Below, one piece after another: positions 24,712 through 33,622 of a DNA stretch of 41,954 bases (position 1 is its first letter; every line of letters begins with the position of its first letter). Below the pieces are notes generated by a model. The model did not search any database and had not been told where the DNA came from. It was given only the letters and a program-made list of their open reading frames with translations. This DNA comes from a virus (Duplodnaviria; Caudoviricetes). Both the position numbers and the translations under genes were made by a program. Where the stretch lies: positions 1-41,954 of IMG/VR virus record IMGVR_UViG_3300032373_000038; one strand, given 5' to 3'.

Positions 24712-25449
24712 ATGGCTTTGGAATTCACAGTTAAATCGCTAGACGGCCTCGATGATTCTGTTAAGGCACTCTACACAGAGAAGGACGGAGCCTTTGCTCT
24801 GGACATCAAAGGGCTTCCGCAACAGGAAGATGTCTCTGGTCTTAAGGCGAAAGTAGATCAGCTTCTTAAAGAAAAGAAAGATGCCTCAGCCAAGACCAAA
24901 GAAGCTGAAGAGGCAGCACGTAAAGCCGCTGAAGAGAAGGCCAAAAAAGATGGTGACGTTGAAGCGCTTGAAAAATCTTGGCAGGGTAAATGGGATAAAC
25001 GCGAGGCTGAGTATGAGTCAAGTACCAAAGGGCTTAATGACAGCATTGCAAGCCTTACATCTGGTAAAGACGCATCTTCATTGGCTGCTGAATTAGCTGT
25101 CGAAGGGAGTGCGTCGGCCCTGCTCCCTCACATAGAAGGCCGCTTAAGCACCGATATCCGTGATGGCAAGCATGCAACCGTTGTGCTGGACAAAGAAGGC
25201 AAGCCTTCGGCGGCAACGCTTGATGAGTTTAAAAAAGAGATTTCTGAAACAGCGGCTTTAGCGCCGCTGATTGCGGGAAGTAGAGCTTCTGGCGGCGGGG
25301 CTGGCCAAGGGCAAGGTGGTCAATCCAGTGTTAAGGAATCCGACTACTTCGACAAGAAATCTCCTCACTTTAGTCAAACCAAACAAACCGAAATTTATCG
25401 AGATAACCCAGAGCGTTACCAGCAACTAAAAGACGCTTCTGGTCAGTAA
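24712..25449 (+). CDS. Capsid scaffolding protein
   Basis: LYTEKDGAFALD...GLKAKVDQLLKEKK coiled coil, SGGGA; precedes the capsid gene. Confidence 0.85.
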   Translation: MALEFTVKSLDGLDDSVKALYTEKDGAFALDIKGLPQQEDVSGLKAKVDQLLKEKKDASAKTKEAEEAARKAAEEKAKKDGDVEALEKSWQGKWDKREAEYESSTKGLNDSIASLTSGKDASSLAAELAVEGSASALLPHIEGRLSTDIRDGKHATVVLDKEGKPSAATLDEFKKEISETAALAPLIAGSRASGGGAGQGQGGQSSVKESDYFDKKSPHFSQTKQTEIYRDNPERYQQLKDASGQ

Positions 25450-25520
25450 GTCGCGGGGCGACAACACCAAGGCCGGGGGCCTGGAATCAACTATTAACTT
25501 TTAGAAAAGGAGCCTAAATA

Positions 25521-26531
25521 ATGGCCACCGTGCAAATTGCAGATATTTACGAACCCGTCCCTTTTAACCACGCCGTACAGGAGTCAGCAACCGAGAAAAA
25601 CGCTTTTGTTCAGTCCGGCGTAATGGTCAATGATGAGCGTATCTCTCAGATGGCTGATGTTGGTGGTACTACTGGGGATATCCCTTTTTACAAGCCCATC
25701 ACGAACGATGAACCTGATTATGTTACCGATAATCCTGCTACGCATTCTACGCCCGCAAATATCGCCACAGGCAAGCAGATGTACCACAAGGCTAATATGC
25801 ATAAGTCTTGGTCTGCCATGGATTTGGCGCGTGAGCTTGCGCTGAAAGATCCAGTAGCTGCAATCACTGGCGGCATTGGTCATTACTGGGCTACCCACTA
25901 CCAGAACCGCGTTATCCAGTCCTCTATGGGCTTGTTGGCCAATAATGTGGCCAATGATTCGGCTGATATGCGGTTTAGTGTCGCTACTGACAATGTAGCG
26001 GCAGTTACCGATGCAGAGCGTATCAGTGGGGATGTTGTGATTGAAGGTGCGGCTACCATGGGTGATGCGGCGGCCAGCTTGTCATTGATTGCGGTACATT
26101 CGGTTGTCTTTAAAAAAATGCAAAAAGACAATCTAATTACCACCATTCCTAATTCGGATAACACGGCATTTTTTAATCTTTACCTGAATAAATATCACAT
26201 CATTGTTGATGATTCGCTTCCTGCTGTGGCTGGTACTAATCGTATTACCTACACATCAATTCTGTTTGCTGGCGGCGCGATTGCTTATGGTGAAGGAAAG
26301 CCCTTGAAACCTTCAGCGCTATCTCGTAGCGAATCAGCCGGTAACGGTGGTGGTGAAGACACGATTCACTCTCGCAAAACGGCCATCATCTTGCCTTATG
26401 GCACGTCCTTTCTGGCGGCTTCTGTTGCTGGGCAGTCACCAACGCTTTCCGAGTTAGCTGCTGCCGGCAACTGGGATCGAGTTCATGCCCGCAAGAACGT
26501 AAATATCGCATTCATTCAAACCAACGGTTAA
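25521..26531 (+). CDS. Major capsid protein
   Basis: MATVQIADIYEP, FVQSG, IPFYK, DPVAAI...HYW, WDRV; 336 aa after the scaffold; strong RBS. Confidence 0.9.
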   Translation: MATVQIADIYEPVPFNHAVQESATEKNAFVQSGVMVNDERISQMADVGGTTGDIPFYKPITNDEPDYVTDNPATHSTPANIATGKQMYHKANMHKSWSAMDLARELALKDPVAAITGGIGHYWATHYQNRVIQSSMGLLANNVANDSADMRFSVATDNVAAVTDAERISGDVVIEGAATMGDAAASLSLIAVHSVVFKKMQKDNLITTIPNSDNTAFFNLYLNKYHIIVDDSLPAVAGTNRITYTSILFAGGAIAYGEGKPLKPSALSRSESAGNGGGEDTIHSRKTAIILPYGTSFLAASVAGQSPTLSELAAAGNWDRVHARKNVNIAFIQTNG

Positions 26532-26540
26532 GGAGGGCGC

Positions 26541-27242
26541 ATGTCCGAGCAAAAAATAGAGGAGGGGGCCTGCGGGGCTCCCGTCGGTTCACAAGTTGAT
26601 GTATCCGTGGCACTACAGTTCGATCGTGCGCAACAGCTGAAAGCCAAAGAGGAGGCAGACCGAAAGGCTGCTCAAGATAAACTAGATCAAGCCCAAGAAA
26701 TTGTTCGTGAGCTGGGTGGCAAAAATGAACAGGAGAAAAAAGTGGAAACGCTCTACTTTGTACAAAAGCGCCCTAACGGTGATCAGTGCGCATTAGCCGG
26801 TAAAGCAAAAGCAAAGATTCGTAGCTGCTTGGATCATGTGTATGGCGAACCCGAAGAGGTGTGTGACTTTGTAATGGGTGAAGTACCAGAAGGTGCTTAT
26901 GCTGATGTTAATGAGCATGCGCTTCACGATGAAGCCCTAACCCTTGCCGCTCAAATTGAGGAGGCTCGACTTGCAGTAGAGAGCGCAACGCAGGGTAATG
27001 AAACCGAAGTTCCACAGCTAGAAAGCGAGCTTCACGCTACAATCAATGTGGCACTTGATCAGCTGGAGCACGATAACGATAACCACTGGACTGATGCAGG
27101 TCTTCCGGCAATGAATGCAATAGAAGCAATGGTTGGCGACGAGAAAGTAAATCGCTCCGATGTTGAGGCGGCCCGCCCTGGTTTTGTTCGCATCAAACCA
27201 TCTGCTGAGCCCGTTGAAGGCGAAGGTGTATCACTAGGCTAA
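26541..27242 (+). CDS. Post-capsid protein with HeH/LEM-like C-terminal motif
   Basis: DNDNHWTDAGLPAMNAIE...VNRSDVEAARP motif. Confidence 0.6.
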   Translation: MSEQKIEEGACGAPVGSQVDVSVALQFDRAQQLKAKEEADRKAAQDKLDQAQEIVRELGGKNEQEKKVETLYFVQKRPNGDQCALAGKAKAKIRSCLDHVYGEPEEVCDFVMGEVPEGAYADVNEHALHDEALTLAAQIEEARLAVESATQGNETEVPQLESELHATINVALDQLEHDNDNHWTDAGLPAMNAIEAMVGDEKVNRSDVEAARPGFVRIKPSAEPVEGEGVSLG

Positions 27243-27255
27243 AAGGTAACTATCC

Positions 27256-27771
27256 ATGGCTTTGATCGTAGAAGACGGAACAGGCAACACTCCCGATGCT
27301 AACAGTTATCAATCTCTTGACGACTTGCGCATGTATGCTGAGCTAAGAGGCGTAACGCTACCGACGGCCGATGCTGACTGTAACGCTCTCATGATCAAGG
27401 CTATGGATTATCTCGAAGCACAGCGAAGCAAATACAAGGGGCGCATTACTAGCGCCTCTCAGCCGCTGCAATGGCCTCGTGCGGATGTTGTTGGGATAGA
27501 GTGGGAAGGCAATATTCACCCAAACAACGAAATCCCCAGAGAGCTTATTTATGCGCAATTGGCATTAGCTGTCGAAGCGGTTAATCACGACCTTCAACCA
27601 ACCCGAACACCACAAGACCAAGGCCCGCTTGTATCATCTGATACCGCAAGTGCTATTAAGAAAGCCTGGGCTAATCCAGGCAAAGTTTTATCGGTTCCAG
27701 CATTCGCCAAAGCGGATGCGCTGCTGGCTCCATTATTCAAACGTAACGGACTTTCTTTAGTCCGAAGCTAA
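27256..27771 (+). CDS. Head-tail adaptor (DnaT-like family)
   Basis: MALIVEDGTG...ANSY, AMDYLE, QPLQWPR, IPREL. Confidence 0.85.
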   Translation: MALIVEDGTGNTPDANSYQSLDDLRMYAELRGVTLPTADADCNALMIKAMDYLEAQRSKYKGRITSASQPLQWPRADVVGIEWEGNIHPNNEIPRELIYAQLALAVEAVNHDLQPTRTPQDQGPLVSSDTASAIKKAWANPGKVLSVPAFAKADALLAPLFKRNGLSLVRS

Positions 27772-27851
27772 CCACTTAAACCACCTTTTTTATTTAATTC
27801 GGCACAGCTCCGAAGGGCTGCGCACGTCTGTCTTTTACAGGAGGCCTACCT

Positions 27852-28487
27852 ATGGGCGGCAAAAGTAATGCGCTAGAAAATGAGATCGTTGACGGCAAGC
27901 TTAGAGGTCAGCCGATTTCGACCCCAGCAACCGTTTATGTGAAGCTGATTCAGTGCGATGGCAAGCATGCGGCAAGCACTGCTTACACTCTCAATCAGCT
28001 TATTGGCATTGAAGACGATAACGGCAAGTGGAAGATGTACGAGTGCACAACGGCGGGCACTTCAGCAGCCTCTAAGCCTTCGTACCCTGGTGGTGCAAAT
28101 GAGGTCATTGCAGATGGTACTGCAGTATTCACCAATCAAAATGCAGGCATGGAGTCGGGCGCGAAAATTACCGAACTGTCGGGCGGTTCTTATGCTGCAC
28201 AAGCAGTAACCGCATCTCTCGCTAACTGGGCAGGCACGCAGGGCGCTGGCACAACTACAGTATCAACAGGCACCGAGGCTACTACCTCAAACAACAATGT
28301 CATCCCATTCCCTGACCCTACGGCTGATTGGGGTTGGGTATTCGGGTTCATTATTGATGATGTTGTAAGCGGAAGTTTGGGTAAATATATATGGGCTGAA
28401 TTTACTAACGGCCCTGTGAATATCGTCAATGGTGTAACTAATGCTGCCTTCGCTGCCGGAGCACTGAAGTACACGGAGGATAGTTAG
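27852..28487 (+). CDS. Virion accessory/fibre-type protein with inserted small beta module
   Basis: SNALENEIVD, ELSGGSYAAQAV, SNNNVIPFPDPTADWG, FAAGAL; insert YECTTAGTS...P...DGTAVF. Confidence 0.65.
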   Translation: MGGKSNALENEIVDGKLRGQPISTPATVYVKLIQCDGKHAASTAYTLNQLIGIEDDNGKWKMYECTTAGTSAASKPSYPGGANEVIADGTAVFTNQNAGMESGAKITELSGGSYAAQAVTASLANWAGTQGAGTTTVSTGTEATTSNNNVIPFPDPTADWGWVFGFIIDDVVSGSLGKYIWAEFTNGPVNIVNGVTNAAFAAGALKYTEDS

Positions 28488-28922
28488 TTGAATCTGTCAG
28501 AACTAATTGCAATTGACCCCGACACCAAGGGCTATGCCAGCATGACAAACGCTCAAATCGCTGCAGATTTGATAAACCGCCGTCATACGGCACGTGTGAA
28601 TGTGTCCATTGATTCAGTGGTTGCAAAATTAAGGCAGACCGGTGCTTTCTCACGATTACTTTTAGCAGTACAAAACGCTGAGCCAGCGGCGGTGCTGCTT
28701 GATGCTCAGTTAAGCAAGCTGGCTCAGTGGGGGATTCGTGATGTGGATTTGGACGCCGTCGCCTCGACTGATGTATTAGCCGCCTTGCAAGCCGCTGGAA
28801 CATTTACGCCCGCCGAAGTCGCTGAGGTCAACGAATTAGGAAATCGGGCCGAATCGCTTGCTGAGCGACACTTGGGGTGTTCTTCTGTTTTTCCTGAAGA
28901 CGTACAGGCTGCAAAGGTGTAG
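28488..28922 (+). CDS. Hypothetical virion-associated protein
   Basis: GGAGG RBS; DPxxxGYxxMTNAQIAADL...SLAERHLG pattern. Confidence 0.65.
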   Translation: MNLSELIAIDPDTKGYASMTNAQIAADLINRRHTARVNVSIDSVVAKLRQTGAFSRLLLAVQNAEPAAVLLDAQLSKLAQWGIRDVDLDAVASTDVLAALQAAGTFTPAEVAEVNELGNRAESLAERHLGCSSVFPEDVQAAKV

Positions 28923-28924
28923 AC

Positions 28925-29260
28925 ATGGCTGATCGAGCAGACATAACGCCACGAGTAGAAACGACAGGCTCAGCAACGAGTTTTGGGCACTCAATCACAA
29001 CAGAGTCAACTGCAGGATATTTGGTTCGCGTAACCAATGGAGTAACAGCTCCAACAACCGGTTGCCTTGTTACTGTTTACGAAAAAAAGGGATTGGCGGA
29101 TCGAGTGAAATTATGGGCTGTTCGTGCTGGAGTTGATAGTGATGGCATGTATGAGTGGCCTGTGGAAATTGACCCTGCATCAAACGGTATAGAAGTTGAT
29201 TTTGGTGCAACTGATCAGCTCGTTACTAAAGAGTTGGACGGGACAACGGTAACGTTCTGA
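28925..29260 (+). CDS. Hypothetical beta-rich virion protein
   Basis: Tightly coupled to its neighbours; VTNGVTAPT motif. Confidence 0.65.
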   Translation: MADRADITPRVETTGSATSFGHSITTESTAGYLVRVTNGVTAPTTGCLVTVYEKKGLADRVKLWAVRAGVDSDGMYEWPVEIDPASNGIEVDFGATDQLVTKELDGTTVTF

Positions 29261-31140
29261 TGATTGTTCGTCGCCCTAATAGGGTAATTCCATCGGTATC
29301 TAGACAGGCTATCGATTGGGAAAATCCTCTTAATTCTGGCTTGCAGTTTCTGTCGTATTTCCGCGAGAACACGATAGATTTGGTAACTGGTCTACCAGGT
29401 CGAACCTCAGTTGGCGCAGTAGATTTTGCTACAGCAGATGGGGAGGTTGTGCATGAGCCTGGAAATCTAGACTATATCGCATTTGACAACAATCTAAGCC
29501 TGACTGATGAGTGGTCTATTCTTCTTGTTTGTAACATACAAAGCTTCGCGTCATGGGGGGCTGCGTTTGGCATCCCATACTGGTATCCGGGCTGGTCTTT
29601 CCCGCACCAGGGTCTTTCTCTTATTGCAGCAAGTACCTCCGGCACACACAGGTTCGCAACTGGTCCGGCAGACCGTCCAACCAATTCCATTCCAAATTTT
29701 TGGGAGTTGGCTGTACCCAGTGCATATCTCGTTACCCGTCAGGGTACAAACATAGAGTGGTATCGTTCTGGCGAGCATATTGGCTCATCCGCTACATCGC
29801 CTGGAAATATAGATTTATCAAATAACGGCGCCCTGTGTTTTGGTGTTCGCTCTGACATGTCTATAGGCGAAGGTGTGCCGGGAACATTTTACTGTGGTGG
29901 CATATGGAGCAGGAAGCTAGAACAACAAGAGGTAAAGCATTTATCTAGCAATATTCTGGCACCACTAAAGCGACGCAAAATCTGGGTGCCTGCTACATCC
30001 CAGTTTAGCGTACAGTTATCAGGCACAGCTGATAGTAATGCGAGCATAGATGGCACTCCTTCGTTTGATATACCTCTTGATGGCATTATCGCAAACCTAA
30101 CAACAGCTCAAGGCATTCTTGGCGCAACACTACCCCTGGTTGGTCAGTCGGTAGCTATATCTAAAACATCTGGAAGCCTCGGCGGAGCTCTGAGCTTGTC
30201 CGGCCAAGCGTTATCTGAAGGGCTTACCCAAGCAGTACTATCAATGGGCGTTGATTTAAGCGGGCAAAGTATTGCTGAGACTGTCTCGAGTGGTGTGCTT
30301 GCTCTTTCTGTGCAAATAGATGGGACAGCAATAAGTGAGGCTTACGCTTCGGGTGACATATCGGTTAGCAGCGTAGGAACTCCTTTGTTTGGTAATGCAG
30401 CTTCGGAATCAGCGGCAAGTGCTGGTTTGGCCTTTGATATCCCGTTTAGCGCCTTATCTGTTTCCAGCTCAAAGACATCTGGAAATGTCACTTCGATCTT
30501 GCCAGTGACTGGCGCTATTTCTGCAATTTCAAAAGCTGATGGAGGGCTTACTATGGCTGTTGCTATAAGCGGTGATGCGCTAACAACTGCATTAACCAGT
30601 GGTGACCTAACGTTACGATTCAGCTTAGATGGCTCTGTTGTTGCTAAGGCAAGCGCTGCGGCTCAACTAAATATTAATAATGGAGAGGTAGTCTTATCCG
30701 GTGGGGCGACGTCTAACGCCAGCAATGAAGGGTCAATTAAAACGGAAGCGCGTAGCCCTGCTTATGCTGAATACATTAAGTCAGCAAAAGAGGCGCGTGA
30801 CGATATTGCTCGTGAAGGCCTTGAGATTGAATTCACCCGTCACACAAAAGGCGCAAGCAATGGCGCGCTTGGCACAGTTACAAAAACATCAACAACAGGT
30901 AAATTTCAGTGCATCATGCTTCCGGCCTCTAAAGGTACGATTCAAGCGTTTGATAACCGACAAGACGCGCTCACATCCGAGAGCTATAAGTTCATTATTG
31001 TTGCAGCGTATGACGCCCCATTTAAGTTAAGGCCGGGCGATAAGATGTACCACGATACTCACACATGGGAGGTGTTGGGCAACACACCTGTCGGCCCTGG
31101 AGGTGTTGATTTAATCTATCGGGTTGGTGTTAAGCGATGA
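29260..31140 (+). CDS. LamG-like domain, S/G/A-rich beta-repeat shaft and C-terminal head-closure-like domain
   Basis: N-terminal IDWENPL...GIWSRKL lectin-like fold; roughly 19-20-aa LxGxxxxxxxxxGxL repeats; last about 125 aa end PGD...WEV...P...LIYRVGVKR. Confidence 0.65.
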   Translation: MIVRRPNRVIPSVSRQAIDWENPLNSGLQFLSYFRENTIDLVTGLPGRTSVGAVDFATADGEVVHEPGNLDYIAFDNNLSLTDEWSILLVCNIQSFASWGAAFGIPYWYPGWSFPHQGLSLIAASTSGTHRFATGPADRPTNSIPNFWELAVPSAYLVTRQGTNIEWYRSGEHIGSSATSPGNIDLSNNGALCFGVRSDMSIGEGVPGTFYCGGIWSRKLEQQEVKHLSSNILAPLKRRKIWVPATSQFSVQLSGTADSNASIDGTPSFDIPLDGIIANLTTAQGILGATLPLVGQSVAISKTSGSLGGALSLSGQALSEGLTQAVLSMGVDLSGQSIAETVSSGVLALSVQIDGTAISEAYASGDISVSSVGTPLFGNAASESAASAGLAFDIPFSALSVSSSKTSGNVTSILPVTGAISAISKADGGLTMAVAISGDALTTALTSGDLTLRFSLDGSVVAKASAAAQLNINNGEVVLSGGATSNASNEGSIKTEARSPAYAEYIKSAKEARDDIAREGLEIEFTRHTKGASNGALGTVTKTSTTGKFQCIMLPASKGTIQAFDNRQDALTSESYKFIIVAAYDAPFKLRPGDKMYHDTHTWEVLGNTPVGPGGVDLIYRVGVKR

Positions 31141-31532
31141 GCCAGTTTCAGAAACAGTTGGCGGCATTCAGAAAGAAGGCGGTTACTGATACCGATGCAA
31201 CAAAACGAGCCATTATTTTGGAGTTGTTCGGTTCGGTTGTTATGGATACGCCGGTCAGAGAAGGTCGCGCTCGCGGCAACTGGCAAGCGTCTTTTAATTC
31301 ACCAATCAGTGGCGAGACCGCTCGAAAAGACAAGAATGGGGCGCTAGTGATCAATGAAATTATCGGAGCCCTAAAGCCTGGTGACGGCGTGTGGTGGCTA
31401 ACTAACAATCTCCCTTACATTGCGCGACTCGAATACGACGGGCATTCAAAGCAAGCCCCAGAAGGCATGGTTCGCAAGAACGTTTCTCGCATAGAAAGTA
31501 TCGTTAAAAAAGCAGCCAAACAAAGCAAATGA
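31137..31532 (+). CDS. HK97 gp10-like tail completion protein
   Basis: TPVREGRARGNWQ, NNLPYIARLEY, SKQAPEGMVR. Confidence 0.85.
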   Translation: MSQFQKQLAAFRKKAVTDTDATKRAIILELFGSVVMDTPVREGRARGNWQASFNSPISGETARKDKNGALVINEIIGALKPGDGVWWLTNNLPYIARLEYDGHSKQAPEGMVRKNVSRIESIVKKAAKQSK

Positions 31533-31933
31533 GCCTACAAAAAATCGACACGGCCCTAGCGAGTGCATATATCGCCGGGGCCTTTGGCTTGCCCGTGCAA
31601 TGGCCAAATGAATCATTTACGTCATCTGGCACCGCTTGGTCTAGGTATTCATTCGTTCCAGCAACGCCGGGCAATGACACGCTCTCACGAATTGGCAGGG
31701 ATCGATACACCGGATTTATTCAAATTGATTTGAACTACCAACCCGATGAAGGGCGCAACAGCGCTTCGTCAAAAGCTGAAGAAGTCCGCGCCTACTTTTC
31801 ATTAAATCGCAATCACTCACACAAAGGCCAATCAGTAACAGTCGAAAAGATTGGCATATCACAAGGTCGCTTAGTCGATGGTTGGTTTCGTATTTCAGTC
31901 TCGGTTTATTGGCGAGCAAATATTCAACGTTAA
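31529..31933 (+). CDS. Tail terminator (DUF4128-like)
   Basis: VQWPNESF, TGFIQIDL, GWFRISVSVYW; precedes the tail tube. Confidence 0.78.
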   Translation: MSLQKIDTALASAYIAGAFGLPVQWPNESFTSSGTAWSRYSFVPATPGNDTLSRIGRDRYTGFIQIDLNYQPDEGRNSASSKAEEVRAYFSLNRNHSHKGQSVTVEKIGISQGRLVDGWFRISVSVYWRANIQR

Positions 31934-31944
31934 GGAGATAAATA

Positions 31945-32874
31945 ATGGCTGATGAGTTTTACATCTGCGAAGAAACGGCGGGCTATGGGAACGCTGTCCC
32001 TAATCCGGTTTGGACAAAGCTTAGAATCGATACATGTACCTTAAAGTTGACCAAAGCTTCTCGTGTAACCAAAGGGCAGCGAGAGGATAAGCAAATTGCA
32101 GGCCTCCGCCATGGCACCCGAGACGTTGCTGGCGAGATCACTAGTAAAGAAATGTATTACGGTGAGTATGATGCCCTGTTCGAGGCAGGAATGCGTACAA
32201 ACTGGGCAGTGAATACACCGGCGCTAGGGACCGATCAAGCAAAAGTAGGAATGACTCGCCGAAGCTTTAACGTGCTCCGCAAGTTGGGGGATATCTCAGA
32301 CAAGCCTTTTCTGTTGTATACAGGCATTGAGGTAAATACATTCGCTCCAACGCCTGTCCCAAATGGTGAGATTGGAATTAAGTTTGGCCTTATTGGTTTG
32401 GATATGTCAGCCCCAAGCGCGACAGAGCCAGCGGGCTCAAGCTACGCTACCGAAAATAGCACCGGGCCTATGGACTCTTTTGTGGGGTTGATCAACATCG
32501 ATGATGTTGGCTCAGCTGTTGTTACCGAAATCACCCCCTCTCTTGAGAACGGGATGCAAGCCCGAAAAATCATCGGCCAACCTCAAGGCATCCGTCCAAG
32601 CATTGGCAGCCCGGACCTTAAGAGCACCGTTACAGCCTACTGTGATGACATGGTGCTTTATGAGCGCTTTCTAAATGAAATTGAAACTAAAGTGGACTTA
32701 ACTATTGCTGATGCCGCGGGCAATGCATACAAATTTATTTTACCAGCAGGAAAGCCTACCGATGGGTCTGTTGATACTGGTGACGGCGATCGAATGATCT
32801 CGCTGCCAATGCAGTTTTATTATGACGCAGTATCGCAAACAAACATGATCCTAGAACGTACTCCGATAGCGTAA
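31945..32874 (+). CDS. Major tail tube protein
   Basis: EETAGYG, REDKQIAGLRHG...VAGEI, LYERFLNE, GNAYKFILP. Confidence 0.85.
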   Translation: MADEFYICEETAGYGNAVPNPVWTKLRIDTCTLKLTKASRVTKGQREDKQIAGLRHGTRDVAGEITSKEMYYGEYDALFEAGMRTNWAVNTPALGTDQAKVGMTRRSFNVLRKLGDISDKPFLLYTGIEVNTFAPTPVPNGEIGIKFGLIGLDMSAPSATEPAGSSYATENSTGPMDSFVGLINIDDVGSAVVTEITPSLENGMQARKIIGQPQGIRPSIGSPDLKSTVTAYCDDMVLYERFLNEIETKVDLTIADAAGNAYKFILPAGKPTDGSVDTGDGDRMISLPMQFYYDAVSQTNMILERTPIA

Positions 32875-33398
32875 TGAGTATCGAAAAATTTTATACGACA
32901 GGCGAGGCGAATAGCGGGAAGATTATCCCGCTGTTCTCTCCAACAGGGGGCGCTACAGAACATTGGGTTCGTGCGCGCGGCGTTGATTCAGATATCTATG
33001 TTCGCGCTTGCTATGAAGTGCAGCACAAAATGATTGCCTTCAGGGCCGAGCTAGATGAGCAGCTACTGACAAAGGAAGAGCGCACCAAAAAGCTTATTGA
33101 AAAAGAGATCGAATTAGAGCGGTGGAAAGCGGCTCACATCGTAATGGAATGGTCTTTTGATATTGCTGTTGAAATAGAAGAGATTACCAAGCACTTCAAG
33201 AAAGCACCACAGCTTCAGGAATCACTAAACACAGTGGTGATGAGGCGCGCGCTTTTTTTCGGCGCAGGGTTGAGCGGCTCATTAGATTCGCAAGAGACGA
33301 ATTCCGACTCAACCAGAGACGAAAAGACAGCAAAACGACCTACCGAGATCACTATATCCAAGTCTGGAAAACGCGAGGGCAAAAGCCGCCAGAACTAG
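32874..33398 (+). CDS. Tail assembly chaperone (gpG-like)
   Basis: Between the tube and tape measure genes; RGVDSD, WSFD, APQL; slippery site near its end. Confidence 0.8.
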   Translation: MSIEKFYTTGEANSGKIIPLFSPTGGATEHWVRARGVDSDIYVRACYEVQHKMIAFRAELDEQLLTKEERTKKLIEKEIELERWKAAHIVMEWSFDIAVEIEEITKHFKKAPQLQESLNTVVMRRALFFGAGLSGSLDSQETNSDSTRDEKTAKRPTEITISKSGKREGKSRQN

Positions 33399-33622
33399 AG
33401 GGCGTAACGCAGTGCCCTTCAGATCTCGCTTACCTGCTGCGTCACTACTACACCGTAAAAAAACCAGACGAACCACTTACTGAGCACGACATTTATGCAA
33501 TGCAGCAAAACTCAGGGCTGAAGCTAAAGCCCTGGGAGACTCAATGCATCCGCGATTTAGATCGCACCTACTGGAATATCATCTATGAGCGAAGACATAG
33601 CGAAACTCCAAATAAGAGTTGA
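33254..33622 (+). CDS. gpT-like -1 frameshift extension of the chaperone (not in ORF track)
   Basis: In-frame T TTT TTC heptamer at 33254-33260; the -1 frame is open to TGA 33620-33622 and reads ...PPELEGVTQCPSDLAYL...LKPWETQCIRDLDRTY. Confidence 0.85.
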   Translation, partial: FFRRRVERLIRFARDEFRLNQRRKDSKTTYRDHYIQVWKTRGQKPPELEGVTQCPSDLAYLLRHYYTVKKPDEPLTEHDIYAMQQNSGLKLKPWETQCIRDLDRTYWNIIYERRHSETPNKS

